Positions 1 through 10,019 are shown, counted from the first letter of the stretch. The stretch: 64,000 bases of DNA from Minisyncoccia bacterium (GCA_044228445.1 JBGAUV010000001.1:250495-314494); one strand, 5' to 3'. The notes: generated from the letters alone by a model not told the origin. Numbers and translations: made by a program.

Positions 1-47
1 CTTTATTCTATTTCTTTCCTAGTTTTGGAGTTACGCCAAAAACAACA

Positions 48-1052
48 TTGTTTATATATATTGTTTTATCAACAGTATTTACTCTATTTTGGAGAATTCA
101 TAGTTATTCAATATTAAATTTGAGAAAGAAACAGCCGAGTTTAATAATAGGTAGTGGAAAAGAAGTTTCAGAATTGATCACTGAAATAAATCATAATCCA
201 CATATTCCAATATATTGTAAGGATAATGTTGATCCTTCACAGTCTGTTTCAGATATAAATAAATTATTTGAAAATGAGAATAACTATAGATTTATTGTAG
301 CAGATATTGATGATCCAAGAGTAAATAACTTTTTGCCCGAATTGTATAAAAATTTATTTCCAAATGCTTCAATTATAAACTTGCATGATTTATATGAAGA
401 TATATTTGATAAAATTCCTTTATCAAGAATTGATTATGCTTGGATTATGAGTCATGTTAGTTCAATATCTCCAAAAATATATGATATTGGGAAAAGATTT
501 GTAGATTTAGTATTGGCAAGTTTTGTAGCATTATTTGGTTTATTAATTTATCCTTTTGTAGCTATTGCAATAAAAATCGAAGACGGCGGTCCAGTATTAA
601 TAAGTCAATTTAGAATCGGTAAAGATAATCATGTTTTTCCAATATATAAATACAGAAGTATGACTCGTAGTGATAATGGTAAATGGTTGCCTGAAAGTGA
701 AAATAAAGTGACAAGAGTTGGTAAATTTATAAGAAAAACCAGAATTGATGAATTACCACAAGCATTGGCAATAATAAAAGGTGATATGTCTCTTATTGGT
801 CCAAGAGCAGATATTATTGATCTTGGTAAAAGATTGGAAAAAGAAATTCCATATTACACTATTCGTACAGTTATAAAACCTGGTCTTTCTGGTTGGGCAC
901 AAGTAAATCAAGAAAAACCACCTCAATCAATAGAAGAAACAAAGATTCGTCTATCTTATGATCTTTACTATATAAAGCATCGTTCTTTGAGTCTTGATTT
1001 ATTAATTGCTCTAAGAACTCTCAAGACTTTATTGTCTAGAGAGGGTATGTAA
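48..1052 (+). CDS. Polyprenyl glycosylphosphotransferase (bacterial sugar transferase, WbaP/WcaJ-like); N-terminus may lie upstream of the window
   Basis: C-terminal bac_transf motifs PIYKYRSM, DELPQ and GDMSLIGPR; TM helix before the catalytic domain. Confidence 0.8.
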   Translation: MFIYIVLSTVFTLFWRIHSYSILNLRKKQPSLIIGSGKEVSELITEINHNPHIPIYCKDNVDPSQSVSDINKLFENENNYRFIVADIDDPRVNNFLPELYKNLFPNASIINLHDLYEDIFDKIPLSRIDYAWIMSHVSSISPKIYDIGKRFVDLVLASFVALFGLLIYPFVAIAIKIEDGGPVLISQFRIGKDNHVFPIYKYRSMTRSDNGKWLPESENKVTRVGKFIRKTRIDELPQALAIIKGDMSLIGPRADIIDLGKRLEKEIPYYTIRTVIKPGLSGWAQVNQEKPPQSIEETKIRLSYDLYYIKHRSLSLDLLIALRTLKTLLSREGM

Positions 1053-1068
1053 TATATAATTCCAAAAT

Positions 1069-2130
1069 ATGAATACTATATTTATAACTGGTGGAGCAGG
1101 GTATGTTGGTGCAATGTTACTTGATATTTTTTCAAGACGTTCAGATGTTAATAAAATAATTGCACTAGATACTCAACCTTTTCCTGATTTCCTAAAAACA
1201 AGTGGTGCACAAATAGATAAGATAAAGTTTATAGTAGCAAATACCTCTGACAATACTTGGCAAGATGAAGTTGCAAGTTTTAAACCTAATATTGTAATAC
1301 ACACAGCTTGGCAAATAAGAGAAATGTATGGAAAGAAAAAAACACAATGGAAATGGAATATTACAGGAAGTGATAATGTATTTGATTTTGCTTTAAATAC
1401 ACCTTCAGTAGAAAAATTAATTCATTTCTCTACTGTAGCTTCTTATGGTGCTTTTAGTACAAATGAAATTACTCATTTATTTAAAGAAGATGAACCATTT
1501 AGAAAATCACCATATCTTTATGCAGAAGAGAAGAGAATTGCTGAAGAGCACCTTATAGAAAAATATAATAATGCAAAAAAGAATAATTCTAAAGTTAAGA
1601 TTGCAATTATAAGACCTGCCGCAATAACAGGTCCAAGAGGAAGATATATGAGAATAAGATTCGGTCTTCAATCTGCTTTATCTGGAAAATTAAAGGGATC
1701 ATTTATATACAATATTGTAAGTCTTCTTGTTTCTTTTGTGCCTATTACAAAAAAATGGTGCAGACAGTTTATACATGAAGATGATATTGTGGGAGTTGTA
1801 ACTACTTTAGCTTTTGATAATTTAAAGAATGATTTTGATATATTCAATGCTTGTCCATCAGGACCAGTTGTTACTGGTAATGATATGGCACAAGCAGTAG
1901 GTAAAAGATCAATTATGGTTAGTCCATATTTAATTAGGTTTGTATTCTTTTTAATGTGGAATTTAACTTTGGGTAAAATACCAACTTCAAAGGGAGGATG
2001 GAAATCGTATTCATATCCAATAGCTGTAGATGGTACCAGGATTACAAAAATTTATGGTTATAAATACAATTGGCAATCAAAAGAGGCATTTACAACCAAA
2101 AGTGGATATTATTCAAAATATGCTGTTTAA
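1069..2130 (+). CDS. NAD-dependent epimerase/dehydratase (SDR family)
   Basis: N-terminal Rossmann motif FITGGAGYVG; length and layout typical of nucleotide-sugar epimerases. Confidence 0.75.
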   Translation: MNTIFITGGAGYVGAMLLDIFSRRSDVNKIIALDTQPFPDFLKTSGAQIDKIKFIVANTSDNTWQDEVASFKPNIVIHTAWQIREMYGKKKTQWKWNITGSDNVFDFALNTPSVEKLIHFSTVASYGAFSTNEITHLFKEDEPFRKSPYLYAEEKRIAEEHLIEKYNNAKKNNSKVKIAIIRPAAITGPRGRYMRIRFGLQSALSGKLKGSFIYNIVSLLVSFVPITKKWCRQFIHEDDIVGVVTTLAFDNLKNDFDIFNACPSGPVVTGNDMAQAVGKRSIMVSPYLIRFVFFLMWNLTLGKIPTSKGGWKSYSYPIAVDGTRITKIYGYKYNWQSKEAFTTKSGYYSKYAV

Positions 2131-2223
2131 TATGTTTTTTGTTGCAAAATAGCACCAAATACCTATAATAAACTCACAAGTTGATTCATTAATATTTAAG
2201 AGCTGTCAATAAAATAAAATTAT

Positions 2224-3129
2224 ATGTTTGTCGTAAAATACAGAAAATTTTTCTACGCACTATCAAGTATCCTAATTCTAGGTTCAGTTTTTTCAATGGT
2301 TTATTGGGGTTTCAATCTAGGTATAGATTTTAAAGGAGGATCAATACTTGAAGTAGAATATAAAGACGTAAGACCAGCTCAAACAGATTTAATAACAGCT
2401 ATTACTCCACTAAATTTAGATGCTTCTGTTAGGCCAACAGGGGATAAAGGTTTTATTATAAGAATGAAATCTATAAATCAGGATGAAAAGAAATCATTAG
2501 TTGAAGCTTTGGCTATACCAAAGGATGCAAAGTTTGAAGAAAAGAGATTTGATTCAATAGGTCCAGTTCTTGGTGTTGAGGCACTTAGAAAATCTCTTTC
2601 ATCAATTGCTCTAGTTCTTTTGGCAATAGTCCTATTTATTGCTTATGCATTCAGAAAAGTTTCAGAACCTATATCATCTTGGAAATACGGTTTTGTTGCT
2701 ATTATTGCTCTATTTCACGATGTAATAATTCCAACTGGAGTATTCTCTATACTAGGACATTTTAAGGGATATGAAATTGATACATTGTTTGTTACAGCAT
2801 TACTAGTTGTACTTGGTTTCTCTGTTCACGATACTATTGTGGTATTTGATAGAGTTAGAGAAAATCTTGGACATGCAAGTTCAAAAAAGCCTTTTATAGA
2901 AATAGTAGGAGAGAGTGTAAGTCAGACTTTTACACGTTCTATAAACACTTCACTTACGACACTACTTGCACTGATTGTTCTGTACTTTATTGGAGGTGAA
3001 TCAACACAACACTTTTCTTTAGCGCTGATAATAGGTATTGTTGCAGGAACATATTCTTCTATATTTATAGGTTCACCATTACTTGTAACTATTGAGAGAT
3101 GGCAATCAAAAAGAAAGAATAATAAATAA
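2224..3129 (+). CDS. secF: Protein translocase subunit SecF
   Basis: N-terminal TM followed by FNLGIDFKGGS motif and six C-terminal TM segments; about 300 aa. Confidence 0.8.
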   Translation: MFVVKYRKFFYALSSILILGSVFSMVYWGFNLGIDFKGGSILEVEYKDVRPAQTDLITAITPLNLDASVRPTGDKGFIIRMKSINQDEKKSLVEALAIPKDAKFEEKRFDSIGPVLGVEALRKSLSSIALVLLAIVLFIAYAFRKVSEPISSWKYGFVAIIALFHDVIIPTGVFSILGHFKGYEIDTLFVTALLVVLGFSVHDTIVVFDRVRENLGHASSKKPFIEIVGESVSQTFTRSINTSLTTLLALIVLYFIGGESTQHFSLALIIGIVAGTYSSIFIGSPLLVTIERWQSKRKNNK

Positions 3130-3133
3130 TGCT

Positions 3134-3361
3134 ATGGCTAGTAAAGGTGGGGATGAAACAGTGGGAATTATAGGAGCGTTTAAAGGAATAATATTTGAGC
3201 TTATTTCTCTTATATTTGGTGCTATTAAAGATACTCTGGCTTTATTATGGGAATTTATATCGGGCGTTTGGAAGAATATTACTGATATTATAGCTGTTCC
3301 ATTTACGGATTTTGTTATAAATTTCGCAAAAATCACTGTAAAAGAACTAAAAGGTAAATAA
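3134..3361 (+). CDS. Small hypothetical protein; start re-assigned to the ATG just after the secF stop
   Basis: ORF-track frame; hydrophobic C-terminal half; no recognisable family. Confidence 0.3.
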   Translation: MASKGGDETVGIIGAFKGIIFELISLIFGAIKDTLALLWEFISGVWKNITDIIAVPFTDFVINFAKITVKELKGK

Positions 3362-3465
3362 GGTTTTATACCAAGTATTCAGGTATTTTTTATAGCATAT
3401 TTAACCCTAATCATAGCCTTATTTTGAATTGTATTGTTAAGTATTTTATATATATAGAAAAAGCT

Positions 3466-3494
3466 TGACTTTATTTTCTATATGAGTAGAATGA
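3466..3494 (+). promoter_or_regulatory. Candidate sigma70-type promoter for the 16S rRNA (TTGACT-N16-TAGAAT)
   Basis: Sequence cttgactttattttctatatgagtagaatg about 230 nt upstream of the 16S 5' end. Confidence 0.35.
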
Positions 3495-3721
3495 TATCCA
3501 CGCCTTAAGTAAGGCTGTGTTTATTGAAAATTTTAAGTTATGCATTAGAAAATTATGAGAACGTTTCTTAACAATAACATTGTTGAGAAGTCGAATTGAA
3601 AAGGTTCTTGTGAAGTCTAATGTCTATTTCAAATGATTCCTTAGAGCGGAATCAAACTCTATAGCAATTAAAAAGTGCTCAAAGTTTTACACTATACTGT
3701 GTTTTATTTTGTTCCATTCAT

Positions 3722-5250
3722 TTTAGTTAAGAGTTTGATCCTAGCTCAGGATGAACGCTGGCGGCGTGGATAAGGCATGCAAGTCAAACGGCTTAGCACT
3801 GTGCTCGCAAATTAATATTTGTTAGTAGAGTGCTAAGCAGTGGCAGACGAGGTAGTAATAAGCAGGTATCAACCTTCGAGTCAAGAATACCTCATCGAAA
3901 GATGAGTTAATACTTGATAGTCTCGAAAGAGTAAAGATTTATCGCTCGAAGATGAGCCTGTTCAGTATCAGCTAGTTGGTAGGGTAATGGCCTACCAAGG
4001 CTTCGACGCTTAGGGGAGGTGAGAGCCTGACCCCCACCGATGGAACTGAGACACGGTCCATACACCTACGGGTGGCCGCAGTCGAGAATCTTCCGCAATG
4101 GACGAAAGTCTGACGGAGCGACGCCGCGTGGATGATGAAGCACTTCGGTGCGTAAAATCCTTTTGCCAGGGAGAAAGTTTATTGATAGTACTTGGCGAAT
4201 AAGAGGTTGCTAAACTCGTGCCAGCAGCAGCGGTAATACGAGTGCCTCAAGCGTTATCCGGAATCATTGGGCGTAAAGGTTGTGTAGGTGGTTATATTAG
4301 TCTTTTGTTAAATTCTTCGGCTTAACCGGGGGCATGCAGAGGAAACGGTATAACTAGAGGATGCGAGGGGTTTCTGGAACTCATAGTGTAGCGGTAAAAT
4401 GCGTTGATATTATGGGGAACACCAAAAGCGAAGGCATGAAACTAGAGCACTCCTGACACTGAAACAAGAAAGCGTGGGTCGCGAATGGGATTAGATACCC
4501 CAGTAGTCCACGCCCTAAACGATCTTCTCTTGCTTTTCGGAGTATCGACCCTCCGAGAGGCGAAGCTAACGCGTTAAGAGAAGCGCCTGGGTAGTACGAC
4601 CGCAAGGTTAAAACTCAAAGGAATAGACGGGGACTTGCACAAGCGGTGGATCATGTGGCTCAATTCGACGGTAAACGAAGAACCTTACCAGGGTTTGAAA
4701 CCTAGCTGAATACTTTAGGAAACTAGAGTAGTCGCAAGACAGTTAGGCAGGTGATGCATGGCCGTCGTCAGTTCGTGGCTTGAGTTGTTCCCTTCAGTGG
4801 GGTAACGAACGCAACCCTCGTTGTCTGTTATATTTGTCAGGCGAGACTGCCCACGACATAGCGCATAAACTAAGTTTGTGCTCTGCGTCGTGGGAGGAAG
4901 GTGAGGATGACGCCAGGTCAGCATGTCCCTTTGATACCCTGGGCTGCACACGTGATACAATCGTATCTACAACAGGACGCAATACCGATAAAAGGTGGAG
5001 CAAATCCTTAGAAAAGATACGTCAGTTTGGATTGAGGTCTGCAACTCGACCTCATGAAACCGGAATCGCTAGTAATCGCAGATCAGCTATGCTGCGGTGA
5101 ATACGTTCTCAAGTCTTGTACTCACCGCCCGTCAACTCAAGGGAGTTGGGAGTACCCGAAGTCCGCGCTTGTCGCGGCCTAAGGTAAGCTCAATGACAGG
5201 GAGTAAGTCGTAACAAGGCACGGGTAGCGGAAGCTGCTCGTGGATTATTT
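3722..5250 (+). rRNA. rrs: 16S ribosomal RNA, divergent; 3' tail lacks CCUCC
   Basis: AGAGTTTGATCCTAGCTCAG at the 5' end; GTGCCAGCAGCAGCGGTAATAC, ATTAGATACCCCAGTAGTCC and AAGTCGTAACAAGG blocks; helix 45 with GGAA loop, then tail GATTATTTCAA. Confidence 0.9.
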
Positions 5251-5445
5251 CAAATTGAATCTTGATAATCCCTCAGGGATTATCTTACCGAGTCGATTTT
5301 TGTACTTAATTGTACAAACAAGGGATATTGTTCTACTACCTTACAGTGAACACTCAGTCTGCGAGAGAAAAGACAAAGATCGGTGTCCTCTATAGAGACA
5401 CTGATCGGATGAATGGAACAAAATAAAGTACAGTAATATGAAAGA

Positions 5446-5468
5446 ACCGCTTAAAAGGCGGTTTTTTC
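5446..5468 (+). terminator. Rho-independent terminator closing the 16S transcription unit
   Basis: accgcttaaaaggcgg hairpin followed by TTTTTT; no 23S follows. Confidence 0.4.
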
Positions 5469-5563
5469 TTTTTATAAATAATTATTTCCACATTTACTAT
5501 ATTTGATATGTGTGATATGTTTTTAGTGGAAATCTAGACATAGAGTCTAGTTAGAAAGGAGAT

Positions 5564-5722
5564 ATGAACAGACTTCAACTTGCTCGTAGGGTTGAGTATA
5601 GTCAACCCTCTGTTAAAGAACAAAAGCAATCAATCAGTGTTGGTTCATTTTTGCTTGCTTTGTTTATATTTATATTGGCTTTTGGGCCAATGGTAGTAGA
5701 AGGATTTCTTACAACATTTTAA
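5564..5722 (+). CDS. SD-led 52-codon ORF encoding a small hydrophobic peptide (MNRLQLARRVEYSQPSVKEQKQSISVGSFLLALFIFILAFGPMVVEGFLTTF); not in the ORF track
   Basis: AAAGGAGATATG start context; one predicted TM helix; the same SD+ATG is duplicated before a 5-codon mini-ORF at 5738-5755; hairpin terminator at 5756-5785. Confidence 0.3.
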   Translation: MNRLQLARRVEYSQPSVKEQKQSISVGSFLLALFIFILAFGPMVVEGFLTTF

Positions 5723-5799
5723 GGAGAGAAAGGAGATATGTTTCAATTTTTATAACCACGCGATTCTTTATGCGCGTGGTTTGTCATCTAGTTTAATAT

Positions 5800-6486
5800 A
5801 TGAAAATAAAATTTTTCAAAATAATAGTTTTAATAATAGCAATATTGTTCTCAAAACATGCTTTTGCAAAAGAAGTTATATGTCCTGAGGGGTATATTTG
5901 CTTACCAAAAAATGATCCACTTATACTTGCTTCAACAAGTCCTTGTTTTATAGGTTCAAGCATGACAACCTCTTTTAAGGATTTAGATTCAAAAGCTAAA
6001 TCAATAGGTGATAGTATTTCATTTAAATTATTAAATAAGAATAAAGATTACGCTGGTACTTGGGGAGTATTTAAAAGTGGAAGTGGATCAAGTCCTGATT
6101 ACAATAAAGATTGGGGTTTTGAACTAAGTCTAAATCTTTCAAAATTAAAAACCATAAAGTCTATTACAATTATAAACGATGATGGTAATGAAGGTTGGTC
6201 AACTAGTGCGGATGAAAAGTTATTTGGTAAAAAGCCTTATCCTCTTGTTGTTATAGATAAAAATGGAGAGCAATTAAATTATGAATATGAAGATACTATT
6301 TTTATACCAAAAGGTGAAAGTATTTTAAATCTATACGGTCAGATTGAATATAGTGACTTAAGAAATACGGAAATTGTTGTTATTTTCACTGATAATACTT
6401 ATTTGAATAGTAAGATTATTGAAAATGCTTCAACTCAAGCAAATAATAGTCTTTGGGCTAAGTTAAAATCTAAGTTTGGATTTTAA
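5800..6486 (+). CDS. Secreted hypothetical protein with N-terminal signal peptide
   Basis: MKIKFFKIIVLIIAILFSKHAFA followed by a Cys-containing mature region; no family recognised. Confidence 0.55.
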   Translation: MKIKFFKIIVLIIAILFSKHAFAKEVICPEGYICLPKNDPLILASTSPCFIGSSMTTSFKDLDSKAKSIGDSISFKLLNKNKDYAGTWGVFKSGSGSSPDYNKDWGFELSLNLSKLKTIKSITIINDDGNEGWSTSADEKLFGKKPYPLVVIDKNGEQLNYEYEDTIFIPKGESILNLYGQIEYSDLRNTEIVVIFTDNTYLNSKIIENASTQANNSLWAKLKSKFGF

Positions 6487-6531
6487 TTGATGTTTAGTCG
6501 TATTTTTGGTATATTCAACAATGTTTTAAAT

Positions 6532-6573
6532 GCGCGTATAGCTGACTTGGTAGGGTTGAGTGTCACTTATACG
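6532..6573 (+). other. Degenerate duplicate of the tRNA-Ile 5' half (pseudo-tRNA fragment)
   Basis: gcgcgtatagctgacttggtagggttgag matches acceptor and D-arm of the tRNA 60 nt downstream but has no anticodon or T arm. Confidence 0.4.
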
Positions 6574-6591
6574 TTTTGAGATTTTTACCAT

Positions 6592-6664
6592 GCGCGTATA
6601 GCTCAGTTGGTAGAGCACACCACTGATACTGGTGGGGTCCCTGGTTCGAGTCCAGGTACGCGCA
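6592..6664 (+). tRNA. tRNA-Ile (anticodon GAU)
   Basis: Cloverleaf: acceptor gcgcgta/tacgcgc, D-arm tagctcagttggtagagca, anticodon loop cuGAUac, T-arm cctggttcgagtccagg; CCA not encoded. Confidence 0.85.
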
Positions 6665-6756
6665 CAAAGTTTTTATATTTCAAAAAATGTGGTAATGTAT
6701 TTGTGGAAAGGAGAAAAAATGACCGCATATACATTCGAAGGAAAAAAATAAAAAAT

Positions 6757-6790
6757 CAAAAAGCGCGCCTCTTCAGGTGGCGCTTTTGTT
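6757..6790 (+). terminator. Rho-independent terminator after the tRNA
   Basis: aaaagcgcgcctcttcaggtggcgcttttgtttt. Confidence 0.5.
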
Positions 6791-6823
6791 TTATTTAAGT
6801 ACTTTTATTGTTAAAATACCTTT

Positions 6824-7354
6824 ATGCGTTCAAATAAGAACTATGTAAAGCTTTTGATTTCAGGACTACTCGCTTGGTATTTTATAGAATACGCTTTAGG
6901 AGAAAAAACAGAATTCAAATGGAATATACTTGATGGAGTAGATTTAATTATACATGAAGCAGGGCACACCATATTTATGTTTTTTGGAGAATTTATTCAT
7001 GTGCTCGGAGGATCATTTTTCCAAGTTTTTGTACCAGCAGTATTTGTATTTTATTTTCTATATTTCAGAAAAGAGTATTATTCAGGATCACTTTTATTAT
7101 TTTGGTTAGGACAAAGTGTATTAAATTTATCAGTATACGTAGGAGATTCAATAAGACAAGAATTACCACTTTTAGGTGGAGATAATTCAATACATGATTG
7201 GAATTATATATTATCCAAACTAGGACTTTTAAGACAGACTTATCATATAGCAACAGGTTTTTATGATATAGGGTTCTTTATAATCATTACAGCAATAGTG
7301 CTTTCATGCTATTTTGCTTGGTACGGAGAACTTTACACTACAACTGATAAATAA
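6824..7354 (+). CDS. Polytopic membrane protein with HExxH motif (putative membrane metalloprotease-like)
   Basis: LIIHEAGHTIF within a predicted TM region; several TM helices. Confidence 0.4.
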   Translation: MRSNKNYVKLLISGLLAWYFIEYALGEKTEFKWNILDGVDLIIHEAGHTIFMFFGEFIHVLGGSFFQVFVPAVFVFYFLYFRKEYYSGSLLLFWLGQSVLNLSVYVGDSIRQELPLLGGDNSIHDWNYILSKLGLLRQTYHIATGFYDIGFFIIITAIVLSCYFAWYGELYTTTDK

Positions 7355-7426
7355 TCATATAACGTTGATTTTAAGCCTTATTTAATGTATAATCCCTCTA
7401 CATTTTTATAATTAAATAATAATTAA

Positions 7427-8842
7427 ATGAAACCAGTAAAGAAGACAAAGATAGTTTGTACTATAGGACCAGCAACAGAAAGTTATGAAAAACTCTCATC
7501 ATTAGTTGATGCAGGTATGAATGTAATGAGACTAAATTTTTCTCACGGTGATTTTGCTGAACATCAAAAGAGGGTAGATAATCTTAGAAAATTAACTGCA
7601 AAGACAGGTGATATAGTTACAATATTTCAAGATTTAGGTGGTCCAAAGATTCGTATTGGTGATTTTGAAAATGGAGCTATTATTCTAAAAGAAGGTGAAA
7701 CTTTTACTCTTACGACAGAAAAGATAATTGGAAATGAAAAGAAAGTTCATGTTAATTATCCATTATTACCAAAGGAAGTAAAAGTCGGAGGTTATATATT
7801 ACTTCACGATGGAAAGAAAAAATTACAAATTACTGGAATAAAAGGTAATGAAGTAATAACAAAGGTTATAGTAGGAGGAGAAATCAAAAATAGAAGAGGC
7901 GTAAATCTTCCTGGAGCTTATCTTTCAATAAGTTCAATAACAGAAAAAGACAGAAAAGATTTGGAATTTGGAATTAAAAATGAACTAGATTATATTGCTC
8001 TTTCTTTTGTAAGACGTCCAGCCGATGTAATTGAATTAAGAGAATTACTTAAAAAGGCAAAATCAAAAGCAGGAATAATATCAAAAATCGAGACACCAGA
8101 AGCACTGGAAAATATTGATGAAATTATAAAATTATCTGATGCAATTATGGTAGCAAGAGGGGATCTTGCGATTGAAATTCCAGCTGAAGATGTACCAATG
8201 GCTCAGAAAATGATTATAAGAAAATGTAATGCACTTGGAAAACCTGTTATTACAGCAACTCAAATGCTTGAATCTATGATAAAAAGTCCTGTTCCAACAA
8301 GAGCAGAAGTTTCTGATGTTGCTAATGCAATAATTGATGGTACTGATGCAATAATGTTGTCTGAAGAGACTACACTAGGAGATTTTCCAGTTGAAGCAGT
8401 TAGTATGATGACAAGGATAGCTAAGAGAATTGAAGGAGAAATATATACAAATAAAACAATATCAGAATATGACCATTCTCATGGTATTACTGATGTAGTT
8501 TCAAGATCAGCAGTCTTAACAGCACATGAGCTAGAAGCAAAGACAATAGTAGCTTTAACAGCAACAGGTAAAACTGCGCGTATGGTTTCTAGATATCACC
8601 CAGCTGAAATTATAACAGCTTTTACTACAGATGAAACTGTTGCAAGACAATTAAGTCTATCATTTGGTTGCTATCCAGTAGTTGTGCCATCATTTACATC
8701 AATAAATACAATTGTAAATACAATAAAGAAAATTGCTCCAAAAAAGGATATTGCAAAGAAAGGAGATAAAATTGTAATAGTAGCTGGTATGCCTTTTGCA
8801 AAAGGGCAAGAGACAAATACAATTCTAGTTGAATCAATATAG
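7427..8842 (+). CDS. pyk: Pyruvate kinase
   Basis: KIVCTIGPAT, MNVMRLNFSHG and the K/Mg-binding region; 471 aa. Confidence 0.92.
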   Translation: MKPVKKTKIVCTIGPATESYEKLSSLVDAGMNVMRLNFSHGDFAEHQKRVDNLRKLTAKTGDIVTIFQDLGGPKIRIGDFENGAIILKEGETFTLTTEKIIGNEKKVHVNYPLLPKEVKVGGYILLHDGKKKLQITGIKGNEVITKVIVGGEIKNRRGVNLPGAYLSISSITEKDRKDLEFGIKNELDYIALSFVRRPADVIELRELLKKAKSKAGIISKIETPEALENIDEIIKLSDAIMVARGDLAIEIPAEDVPMAQKMIIRKCNALGKPVITATQMLESMIKSPVPTRAEVSDVANAIIDGTDAIMLSEETTLGDFPVEAVSMMTRIAKRIEGEIYTNKTISEYDHSHGITDVVSRSAVLTAHELEAKTIVALTATGKTARMVSRYHPAEIITAFTTDETVARQLSLSFGCYPVVVPSFTSINTIVNTIKKIAPKKDIAKKGDKIVIVAGMPFAKGQETNTILVESI

Positions 8843-8957
8843 TTATCCCCAAAAAACTATAAAAATAAGGTAGTTATCCACAAAAGATAAAATTTTGATA
8901 AAATTTTTATCTTTTCTGGTATTGTTTTAACAAAAGCGTGATTGCTATAATCACGTA

Positions 8958-9695
8958 ATGAAAACACAAACATATACACTAAAGGACAATAATCTATTTT
9001 TGGATGGATCGATAAGAGAATACGTATATAAAATTCGAGACTTACCACTAGATAGAAAACCTAGAGAAAAACTTATAAAACAAGGACCAGAATCATTGTC
9101 AGTCCAAGAGCTTTTGGCAGTGATTTTAAATGTTGGAAGTAAAAGTGAAGATGTTCTTGCTATGTCCAATAGGATAATGAGAGAGTATGGAGAGAGAAGT
9201 ATTATTGCAGAAAAGAATGCAGAAAAGCTCTCACTTGATTTAAACATACCTATCATAAAAGCTTGTCAGATTATTGCTTGTGGAGAAATAGGTAGAAGAT
9301 TTTATGAAAAAAATAAATCTGGTTTTACTGTAATAAGAAATGCACGTGATGTATATGAGTACCTTATTGATATGAGAAATTTACCGAAAGAGCATTTAAG
9401 AGGGCTATATTTAAATAGTCATAATAGAATAATTCATGATGAAGTAATATCTATAGGTACGATAAATACAAATATCGTTCACCCAAGAGAAATATTTAGA
9501 CCAGGAATAGAGTATACATGCGCAGCTGTTGTCTTGGCTCACAATCATCCTTCAGGCGTGTGTACTCCAAGTACTCAAGATATAGAAATTACAGAACAAA
9601 TAATCCAAGCAGGAAAAGTTGTAGGAATAAATGTCTTGGATCATGTGATTATTACAAAAGATAGTTTTGTAAGTATTAGTGCAAATTATAATTAA
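8958..9695 (+). CDS. radC: RadC-like JAB/MPN domain protein
   Basis: C-terminal JAMM motif AHNHPSG with upstream E and S; HhH-like N-terminus. Confidence 0.8.
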   Translation: MKTQTYTLKDNNLFLDGSIREYVYKIRDLPLDRKPREKLIKQGPESLSVQELLAVILNVGSKSEDVLAMSNRIMREYGERSIIAEKNAEKLSLDLNIPIIKACQIIACGEIGRRFYEKNKSGFTVIRNARDVYEYLIDMRNLPKEHLRGLYLNSHNRIIHDEVISIGTINTNIVHPREIFRPGIEYTCAAVVLAHNHPSGVCTPSTQDIEITEQIIQAGKVVGINVLDHVIITKDSFVSISANYN

Positions 9696-9704
9696 TAAAA
9701 ATAT

Positions 9705-10019
9705 ATGAGAACAATATACAATACACCACCAAATATATACGGAATTCTTTCTGATGATCATATGTTTTTCGAAGGAGTAAATAGGCCTAGTGAAATATAT
9801 AGCATTAGAGATGGAATAAATGAAAAAGATAATATTTTGATTTTAGAAAAATATTTAAATGATTTATACAATCTCTTTTTGAGAAAGATATCAACTTATG
9901 TAACTATACAAACCAATATTGTTGAAGATTCAATAAAACTCCAAGCATTATTACAAGAAATAATAAAGGTAAAAGATCTCATTGAAAAAGCTTCATCTCC
10001 GGATATAATGAAAGAGTGA
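9705..10019 (+). CDS. Hypothetical protein
   Basis: Uninterrupted ORF co-directional with neighbours; no family recognised. Confidence 0.35.
   Translation: MRTIYNTPPNIYGILSDDHMFFEGVNRPSEIYSIRDGINEKDNILILEKYLNDLYNLFLRKISTYVTIQTNIVEDSIKLQALLQEIIKVKDLIEKASSPDIMKE

Noticed and set aside
4381-5100. ORF-track calls 4381-4605(-), 4715-4960(-), 4780-5100(+) and 4794-5003(-)
   Set aside because: They lie entirely inside the 16S rRNA gene; spurious reading frames in structured RNA.
3722-5250. Intron or large insertion in the 16S
   Set aside because: Length about 1.53 kb and all conserved blocks are contiguous; no insertion evident.
6607-6798. 63-aa ORF overlapping tRNA-Ile
   Set aside because: Starts inside the tRNA and runs through the terminator; no coding signal.
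8843-8957. Repeated gttatcc motifs and small palindromes between pyk and radC as a regulatory element
   Set aside because: Short, AT-rich, and consistent with an ordinary terminator (gataaaattttgataaaatttttatc) plus promoter; nothing beyond that.
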